Shown one piece after another: positions 57,570 to 64,000 of a stretch of 64,000 nucleotides of DNA. Each line of letters opens with the position of its first letter. Positions within the stretch are counted from its first letter, which is position 1. The stretch is from contig NZ_MWQY01000011.1 in the NCBI RefSeq assembly GCF_002087085.1, positions 62,001-126,000 of the forward strand. Direction: 5' to 3'. The notes beneath the pieces are model-generated. The model was given only the letters and a program-made list of their open reading frames with translations. It did not search any database and was not told where the DNA came from. The translations under genes and the position numbers were made by a program.

Positions 57570-59638
57570 TGGCAAAGACCAAATCCGTAAAGCTGCCGAA
57601 AATGTTTCGGAAACCCATACCGAAAAAGCGCTTCGAAAAGAAGATACTCCGGCGGATCTACCTTGCGAAGGAGAGGGATTTCCTGCTTTCTCTGGCAAAA
57701 CAGGATGAGCAGGAGAGGTATGTCATATCCGGGGAACTTTCAAAGGCCGAGGCGAAACACCTCGCGACCCTGGCTAAATCCATACGGAAAAACAGAGGGC
57801 TCGTCACCGGCTGGAAGGCCGCAATTCTGGCGGTCATTATCGGTTCTCTGCTTGTCTTTAATTTCCTTTTCAAGGACCGTCTTGCAGAGGCGGGCATGGA
57901 AGCGGCCCTGGAGAATGTATTTCGCGCCAGGGCGGAAGCAGAAGGTGTTCACCTTTCGCTGTTCCGGGGATCCCTCTCTTTTGAATCCCTGTCGGTGGCG
58001 GATCGGGACAAACCCATGGAAAACCTTTTTGAACTCTCCCGTTCCGAGCTGCGGGTAAACATCTGGGAGCTGCTGAAAAAGCGCCTCGTCATCGAACGGG
58101 CGGTATGCTCCGGCATCCGGCTCGGGACCCCCCGGGACTCCTCCGGTGCGCTGCCCGAGGCCGAGACGACTGAGGCAGGTTTCTCTCCCGGGGACAGCAG
58201 GTCCTCCGGTCTCGGGGCACTGCTGGCGGACACAGATCCCGAGGCTCTGCTGCAGGCCCAGTTTGACCGGCTGCGGAGTCCTGCCTACCTGGATGAGGTG
58301 AACGGCCGCTATCGTCAGGCGCTCGACCTCTGGCCGGAGAGGATCGAGGCTGTGCAGAATGATCTGGAGGCCGGAAGAACGGCGGCTTCCCGTATCGCGG
58401 CCCTGAAGATACAGGAGATTGACAGCCTGCAGGAGGCCGCGGACGCGGCGAAGGTGATTCAGGATAATTATCCCCGGGTGGAAGAAGCCGCCTCCACGCT
58501 ACGCCGGACCAATCGGGATTTTCAGCAGGACCGGGAGGCTCTGACGGATCTGCAGAGGGGAGTACGGGATGCCCTGGAGGAGGATTACCGGCTTCTGGAG
58601 TCCGTGGTGGCAGATCCCGGAGGAGAACTCGGCGGGGTGGCTTCCCAGGCGGCGGAGAACCTCCTGAAGGCCCGGATCGGCAGGTACTATGACTATGCCC
58701 TGAAAGCCATTGATGCCTCCAGAAAGATGAAATCGGAGAATGGTAAAAAAGAAGCTGCGGATGTTCGCCGACAGGGCGCTGTTGTAAAATTTCCGGTCCG
58801 GGGATATCCCCGGTTCATGATTGAGGAGCTCTATATCTCCTACGGGAGTTCCGGTTCCGGAGAGTATCTTGAAGCATCCGCGCAGGATATAAGCTCTGAC
58901 CAGGAGATCGTCGGGCGGCCGGTTCGGTTCTCCCTGAATGCCGAGGACGGCGTGCATCGTATCAGCGGAGAAGGTTCTCTGGACACCCGGCAAGGGGCAC
59001 AGGAGTTTCTCTCCCTGGAAGGCGGCCTTGAAGGCGGCGGTTTCGCTCTAGGAAATGCCCTGTCCGGAATCGGACTTGAGGAACTGAAGGGCTCCGCCGA
59101 CGGAAGCATCGTGTTCAGTATCGATCCCGGGATGAAGGGTGCCGGAACCGCAGAGATCCGGCTGGAGGATATGAACCCCATTTTTCAGGATGACGGAAAC
59201 CTGCTGCAGAATGCTGTCCGGGAGGTCCTTGCCTCTACGAACAGCGCGGTTTTTACGGTATCCTTCGAAGCTGACGAGGGCGGTTTTACCCGTTTCCGGG
59301 TGAAAAGCGATCTGGATGCCCTGCTCGCCCGGCGGGTGGGTGCTTTTCTGGATGCCGAGGCATCCAGACTCCGGGAACGCCTTAAGGTTCTGCTTCGGGA
59401 GGAGCTGGCATCTGCCCTTGAGGAAAACGCCGAGCTTGAAAACCTGCTGGGTACCTGGGGTGGAGAGCTTGCTGAGGACCTCCGTGAGGCAGGCAGTCTG
59501 GAGGACCTTGCCCGGTCCCAGGAGGAACGTCTGGATACCAGAATGCGGGAGATCCGGGACGAGGCCGCCGGAGAAGTACAGGACAAGGCGGAGGATCTGA
59601 TAAAGGATGCCGCTAAGGATTTCAAGCTGCCCTTCTAA
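57569..59638 (+). CDS. TIGR03545-family (AsmA-like) envelope protein
   Basis: Single TM segment, PMENLFE, GTPR..SGAL, SDLD motif, coiled-coil tail. Confidence 0.7.
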   Translation: MAKTKSVKLPKMFRKPIPKKRFEKKILRRIYLAKERDFLLSLAKQDEQERYVISGELSKAEAKHLATLAKSIRKNRGLVTGWKAAILAVIIGSLLVFNFLFKDRLAEAGMEAALENVFRARAEAEGVHLSLFRGSLSFESLSVADRDKPMENLFELSRSELRVNIWELLKKRLVIERAVCSGIRLGTPRDSSGALPEAETTEAGFSPGDSRSSGLGALLADTDPEALLQAQFDRLRSPAYLDEVNGRYRQALDLWPERIEAVQNDLEAGRTAASRIAALKIQEIDSLQEAADAAKVIQDNYPRVEEAASTLRRTNRDFQQDREALTDLQRGVRDALEEDYRLLESVVADPGGELGGVASQAAENLLKARIGRYYDYALKAIDASRKMKSENGKKEAADVRRQGAVVKFPVRGYPRFMIEELYISYGSSGSGEYLEASAQDISSDQEIVGRPVRFSLNAEDGVHRISGEGSLDTRQGAQEFLSLEGGLEGGGFALGNALSGIGLEELKGSADGSIVFSIDPGMKGAGTAEIRLEDMNPIFQDDGNLLQNAVREVLASTNSAVFTVSFEADEGGFTRFRVKSDLDALLARRVGAFLDAEASRLRERLKVLLREELASALEENAELENLLGTWGGELAEDLREAGSLEDLARSQEERLDTRMREIRDEAAGEVQDKAEDLIKDAAKDFKLPF

Positions 59639-59660
59639 GCCGGGTACGAGGAGTTACTGA

Positions 59661-59861
59661 ATGGACGAAGAACTGCTGCAACTGCAGACGAAGCTGAGCT
59701 ACCAGGAATCCGCGCTGGCGGATCTTAACGATACGGTAATATCCCAGCAGCAGGAGATCGACCGGCTCAGGAAAACGGTGGAACTCCTGGTGCAGAGGGT
59801 ACGGGACCTGCAGGACCAGGGGGGGGAGGAGATGCCTCACGTTCCTCCTCCGCACTATTAA
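59661..59861 (+). CDS. slyX: SlyX-family protein
   Basis: L..KLSYQE...LN..V..QQ..ID, C-terminal PPPHY. Confidence 0.92.
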   Translation: MDEELLQLQTKLSYQESALADLNDTVISQQQEIDRLRKTVELLVQRVRDLQDQGGEEMPHVPPPHY

Positions 59862-59866
59862 ACTAT

Positions 59867-60015
59867 GGGCACCACTAAAAACGTAGTATTTTTGTTATAG
59901 GCAAGGCGGAGGGATTTTGTAGCGCCCGCAAACTCTTGTAATAACAAGAGTTGAGGACCGCGGGAAATCCCGACAACGCAGCATAGAGAAAAAAGAGTAG
60001 TTTTTAGAGGTGACC
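59867..60015. mobile_element. Non-autonomous miniature inverted-repeat element (MITE), 149 bp
   Basis: Terminal inverted repeats GGGCACCACTAAAAAC / GTTTTTAGAGGTGACC (14 of 16 match); CTAT direct repeat on both flanks; internal hairpins. Confidence 0.8.
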
Positions 60016-60026
60016 CTATTATTGAA

Positions 60027-60055
60027 TTGAATCTCTCCGCCGCCTCCATTATGAT
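60027..60055 (+). promoter_or_regulatory. Sigma70-type promoter, probably leaderless, for the GNAT-like gene
   Basis: TTGAAT-N17-TATGAT, 7 nt before the ATG at 60063. Confidence 0.65.
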
Positions 60056-60062
60056 TCGGCCC

Positions 60063-61202
60063 ATGGATGTTACGGAGATTCGTGCTGTTCTGTCTCCCCG
60101 CAGCCGGGAGGCCGGGGATTTTATAGCTTTTCCAAAGAGACTCTACCGGGACTGTCCCTGCTATGTTCCCTGGTTTGACCGGGGAATGCGAAGGCTTTTC
60201 TCCCGGAAGAGCCCCTTTTTCCGACACTCCGACGGGGAGTTTTTTGTCGCCTACCACGGGAACACCCCCGTGGGGCGGATCGCTCTTTTTGAAAACCGAA
60301 ATTTCAACAGCTATACGGGGAACAGGGACGCCAGGTTCTATTTTTTCGACGCGGAAAACAGTCAGCCCGCTGCTGATGCGCTGTTTGATCTTGCCGCGAA
60401 CTGGGCCCGCAGCAGGAAGCTTACGCGTCTGATAGGCCCCCAGGGTTTCTCCAGCATGGCCGGCGGGGGAATCCTGGTCCAGGGGTACGACCAGATGCCC
60501 GCCATGACGATGATGGGGTACAACTATCCCTATTATCAGGAGTTACTGGAATCCGCAGGTTTCAGCAAATACAAGGATTTTGTCTCCGCATATCTGGATC
60601 CCAGAACCTACCGCAGCCCTGAAAAGATCTCCCGGGTGGCTGCAATCGCCATGAAACGGGGAGGTTTCGATCTTCCCCGTATCAGAGGCCGCCGGCAGAT
60701 GCGTGCCCTGGCGCTGGAGATCGGGCGCCTCTATAATGAGTCATGGCAGGACCATGCGGAGTTCGCTCCCCTCACCGAGGAGGAGCTTCTGGAACTCACC
60801 AATGATCTGATGCTTGTGACGGACCCGAAACTCCTGCAGGTCATTCGAAAAGGAGATGATCTCGCCGGTTTTGTACTGACGTTTCCGGACCTCACCAATG
60901 CCCTGATCAAGGCGAAGGGAAAGCTGAATCCCGTCAGCCTGTGGTCAATTCTGCGGGAGAAGCGCCGTACCGACAAGGTTATAGTCAACGGGCTGGGGAT
61001 TCATCCGCGCTACCGTAATAACGGTGGAACGGCGATCCTGTACCATGCCCTGGAAAAAAGTGTTCAGGGTCTGGGGCGGGAGTTTGTGGGGGCAGATCTC
61101 ACTCAGGTCGCCGAGACCACTGAATTGATGCTTGCCGATCTTGAAACCCTGGGGGCCAGGGTTTACAAGCGTCACCGGGTTTACCATAAGGGCACCTCAT
61201 AA
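60063..61202 (+). CDS. GNAT-fold (YghO-like) protein
   Basis: [33 protein letters not shown]. Confidence 0.72.
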   Translation: MDVTEIRAVLSPRSREAGDFIAFPKRLYRDCPCYVPWFDRGMRRLFSRKSPFFRHSDGEFFVAYHGNTPVGRIALFENRNFNSYTGNRDARFYFFDAENSQPAADALFDLAANWARSRKLTRLIGPQGFSSMAGGGILVQGYDQMPAMTMMGYNYPYYQELLESAGFSKYKDFVSAYLDPRTYRSPEKISRVAAIAMKRGGFDLPRIRGRRQMRALALEIGRLYNESWQDHAEFAPLTEEELLELTNDLMLVTDPKLLQVIRKGDDLAGFVLTFPDLTNALIKAKGKLNPVSLWSILREKRRTDKVIVNGLGIHPRYRNNGGTAILYHALEKSVQGLGREFVGADLTQVAETTELMLADLETLGARVYKRHRVYHKGTS

Positions 61203-61222
61203 AAACGATTTTTTAGGTGCCC
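61190..61222. mobile_element. Collapsed 33-bp MITE remnant (inverted repeats only)
   Basis: GGGCACCT...AGGTGCCC, same end motif as 59867-60015, flanked by ATAA direct repeats. Confidence 0.7.
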
Positions 61223-61248
61223 ATAAAATGATTAAACGGGGAAAGTAT

Positions 61249-63309
61249 ATGAAAAGGATAAGTCTGCGCCTCAGGCTCGTACTCGGTTTTCTGGTTATGA
61301 TTCTTCTGATCACTGCCGTTTCAGTTTTAAGTATTATCCGCTTCAACGATGTGGCTGCCCTCGGACGGGCTGCGGTACGGGAGAACAACAACCGTGCTTA
61401 TGCCCTTGCCCGGGAGATTGACCATCTGAAGTGGGTCAGCGATGTGAGTGATCTCTTTCTGCTGGACGACATCCTGGAGCTGAATGTCGAGACCGACTGG
61501 CACAGATGCAGCCTGGGCGAGTGGATCTACGGCGAGGCCATGGCGGAGGAGACGGCGGGGGATCCCGAACTCGGTCAGCTGATCAGCGCGATAAAACCTC
61601 CCCATGAGAGGATGCATAAAACGGCGATCAGGATCGACGAGATATACGTGGAATTTGATCAGTCTCTTTTGGTGACCCTGGAAAAGGCCTGGATAGATCA
61701 CCTTGAATGGCTCAAGGACCTGAATTATGCCGTCATGATGGGAACGGCATTTACTGGTGAAACCGATCCCCGGCGCTGTGATTTCGGCCGCTGGTACGGT
61801 AATTTCACCGCCGATGATCCTGACCTGAGCCAGCTGCTGGCCCTGTGGGAGGCACCGCATAAAGATCTGCACAATTCCGCGAAGGAGATTGTATCTGCCC
61901 TCGCCAGGGGAGACCTGGCAGGTGCAAGGCGTCTTTACAGCCGGAATGTACTGCCGGCCCTGGATCTGCTTCGGACAATCAAGAATCGGACAATGGCCCA
62001 TCTTCAGGAGCTGGACGCCGGGCAGAAGGCCGCCGTGGAAATTTTCAATACCGAAACGATTCCCGCCCTCCAGGAAACCCAGAGCGCCCTGGCCGGTCTG
62101 GTTGGATATTTTGAAGAGCGTGCGGAGACCGCCCGGCGAGACATGGAGGAACAGATCCGGCAGATCATTATTACCGTTATCGCCATAGCCCTGGCGGCCC
62201 TGCTTGCGGGGCTCTTTCTGGCGGTATTTACCACCTCCGCAATCCTGAAGCAGCTGGGACAGGATCCCATGATCCTGGAACGGATAGCCGAACGGGTAGC
62301 CCGGGGTGACCTGACAGTAGATCTTGCCGGTATCGACAGCTCCGAGGGGGTCTACCGTTCCGTGCTGGAAATGGTCGCGGCCCTGAAGGAAAAATCCGAT
62401 TCCCTGGAGATTCTTTCGGGGGGAGATTTTTCCCGGGAAATTAAAAAAGCCGGCAGTGCCGATATCCTGGGGGCATCGATGATTCGCATGCAGGAGTCCC
62501 TCTCCTCGGTTCTTCGCCAGGTCCAGCAGGCCATCGAGCAGGTCGCCCAGGGAGCGGACCAGGTCAGCACGGCCAGTCAGGACCTCTCCCAGGGGGCTAC
62601 CGAACAGGCGAGTTCCCTGGAGGAGATATCCTCCTCGATAACCGAGATAAACGGTCAGGCCTCCCAGAATGCAGCCAGTGCAGGAGAAGCCAACAGGCTT
62701 GCAAACGAGGCCAGGGACAACGCGGTCTCCGGCAACCGTTACATGGAAGAACTTGTCCGGGCGATGCAGCAGATCAATCTCGGGTCCGGTGAAATCAAGA
62801 AGGTGGTCAAAGTGATTGACGATATCGCCTTCCAGATTAATCTTCTTGCATTGAATGCAAATGTGGAGGCCGCCCGGGCCGGAAAATACGGCCGGGGTTT
62901 TGCCGTGGTGGCCAATGAGGTTCGCAACCTGGCAAATCGCAGTGCCGAGGCGGTCAGGGAGACGGAGACCATCGTTGACGATTCCCTGGAGAGGATCTCT
63001 GCAGGGGACAGGCTGGTAAACGATACGGCGGGACAGCTCATACAGATAGTGGAAGGAGTCGAGAAGGTTGCCTCGTTTCTCGAAGAGATCTCCTCTGCCA
63101 GCAGAGAACAGGCCCAGGGGCTCAAACAGATAAGCAGCGGTGTTGAGCAGATTGATGAAGTAACCCAGGCAAATACCGCCTCCGCAGAGCAGAGCGCTTC
63201 CGCCGCCGAAGAACTGGCGGGGCAGGCTGAGGAGCTGCGAAAACTGATCTCCCGGTTCAAACTTTCCGCAGGGAATATGCTCCTGGAAGGTCCCGGGGAA
63301 GAGGGCTGA
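61249..63309 (+). CDS. Methyl-accepting chemotaxis protein with tandem CZB domains
   Basis: Two TM segments; two H..W / C.[LF]G.W / H...H repeats between them; [20 protein letters not shown] signalling domain. Confidence 0.93.
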   Translation: MKRISLRLRLVLGFLVMILLITAVSVLSIIRFNDVAALGRAAVRENNNRAYALAREIDHLKWVSDVSDLFLLDDILELNVETDWHRCSLGEWIYGEAMAEETAGDPELGQLISAIKPPHERMHKTAIRIDEIYVEFDQSLLVTLEKAWIDHLEWLKDLNYAVMMGTAFTGETDPRRCDFGRWYGNFTADDPDLSQLLALWEAPHKDLHNSAKEIVSALARGDLAGARRLYSRNVLPALDLLRTIKNRTMAHLQELDAGQKAAVEIFNTETIPALQETQSALAGLVGYFEERAETARRDMEEQIRQIIITVIAIALAALLAGLFLAVFTTSAILKQLGQDPMILERIAERVARGDLTVDLAGIDSSEGVYRSVLEMVAALKEKSDSLEILSGGDFSREIKKAGSADILGASMIRMQESLSSVLRQVQQAIEQVAQGADQVSTASQDLSQGATEQASSLEEISSSITEINGQASQNAASAGEANRLANEARDNAVSGNRYMEELVRAMQQINLGSGEIKKVVKVIDDIAFQINLLALNANVEAARAGKYGRGFAVVANEVRNLANRSAEAVRETETIVDDSLERISAGDRLVNDTAGQLIQIVEGVEKVASFLEEISSASREQAQGLKQISSGVEQIDEVTQANTASAEQSASAAEELAGQAEELRKLISRFKLSAGNMLLEGPGEEG

Positions 63310-63322
63310 TCCTGCCGGAATC

Positions 63323-64000
63323 TCAGACCAGGGTGAGAAGCCGTGCCAGAAGCACCCCCAGATAGTTTCCTGCGGCATAGCCGATAATGCCGGTGGTGAT
63401 CCCCGGAAAGATCAGGTTCCGGTTGTTCAGGGAGATCGCCACCGCGGAGACGAAGGGCGGGGAGTAGATTGCCGAAGTGGAGGTTATCATCATTGTGTCG
63501 GCGTCCACACCGAATATGCGGCACAGGAGCAGATGAATCAGAATTGAAATTCCCAGGGCGGCAGTAACATAGCCCAGGACGGAGGGAATCGTCGTCAGCA
63601 GTTTTGTGAAATCCGCCATGGAACCCACCGCAGCACAGAAGACCAGGATTACGTATTCCCCGATCTTGAAACTGTGGGGAAGCTCCCTGATCCGGGGAAT
63701 AAAGGAGGCACCGATGGCAATACTGGTTATTCCCAGAATGGCGGCTACGGTGGAAGCCTCGCCGGGAAAGAAGAGGGAGAAGGCGCCGCCGAGAACAACG
63801 ATGCCAAGGGCGACCCCCAGGGAGGCCATGACGCTCCCTCCGGCCCTGTCGGTAATCATGGTCCGCAGGGCTTTCAGGGAGAGGGGTTCGATCTCCCGTC
63901 CTTCGGTGTAGCTGTCCCGATAGCGGGGCAGGATTTTTCTGATGATCCTGCGGCCCAGGGTAAGCAGAAAAAGCAGATAGACTCCTCCCACAAGAACATC
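63323..64000 (-). CDS. DUF819-like integral membrane protein (5' end lies outside the window)
   Basis: Multiple TM segments; TSAIYSPPF, GIIGYAAGNYLG. Confidence 0.75.
   Translation of the reverse strand, partial: DVLVGGVYLLFLLTLGRRIIRKILPRYRDSYTEGREIEPLSLKALRTMITDRAGGSVMASLGVALGIVVLGGAFSLFFPGEASTVAAILGITSIAIGASFIPRIRELPHSFKIGEYVILVFCAAVGSMADFTKLLTTIPSVLGYVTAALGISILIHLLLCRIFGVDADTMMITSTSAIYSPPFVSAVAISLNNRNLIFPGITTGIIGYAAGNYLGVLLARLLTLV

Noticed and set aside
59858..60257. Small ORFs across the slyX-GNAT gap
   Set aside because: They run through the MITE and promoter and lack coding features
61327..63378. 683-aa antisense ORF, and similar long shadows at 47075-48418, 13641-14867, 1227-2384 and 26119-27174
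   Set aside because: They mirror recognisable genes on the other strand, show no protein motifs, and are expected in GC-rich coding DNA

Overview
A gene-dense, GC-rich chromosomal segment, probably from a free-living spirochaete (inferred from the gene set, not confirmed). Housekeeping genes: trpGD-trpCF-trpB-trpA, trxA, glmS, rpiB, glgP, hom, queG, cysK, metY. Other clusters: a LacI-controlled sugar isomerase/kinase/MtlD-like cluster, a YtrA/GntR-controlled envelope operon (SPFH protein, LolD/LolE-like ABC, LolA-like protein, putative outer-membrane protein), a metal-type ABC, a phnDCE transporter running into pterin genes (folM-folB/X-folK-folE), and several signalling and chemotaxis genes. 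I saw no rRNA, tRNA, CRISPR array, transposase or prophage. The most unusual signals are non-coding. (1) A 78-bp structured tandem repeat sits in two intercistronic gaps of the GntR operon; it carries a 4-codon mini-ORF and runs into the ribosome-binding site of the next gene. (2) A 149-bp MITE and a 33-bp collapsed relative, each with a 4-bp target duplication, flank one GNAT-like gene. (3) About ten genes have a sigma70 -10 box only 6-8 nt before the start codon, suggesting widespread leaderless mRNAs. (4) Clear palindromic operators lie at the GntR and LacI genes. All protein family calls come from motif recognition by eye; no database searches were run.
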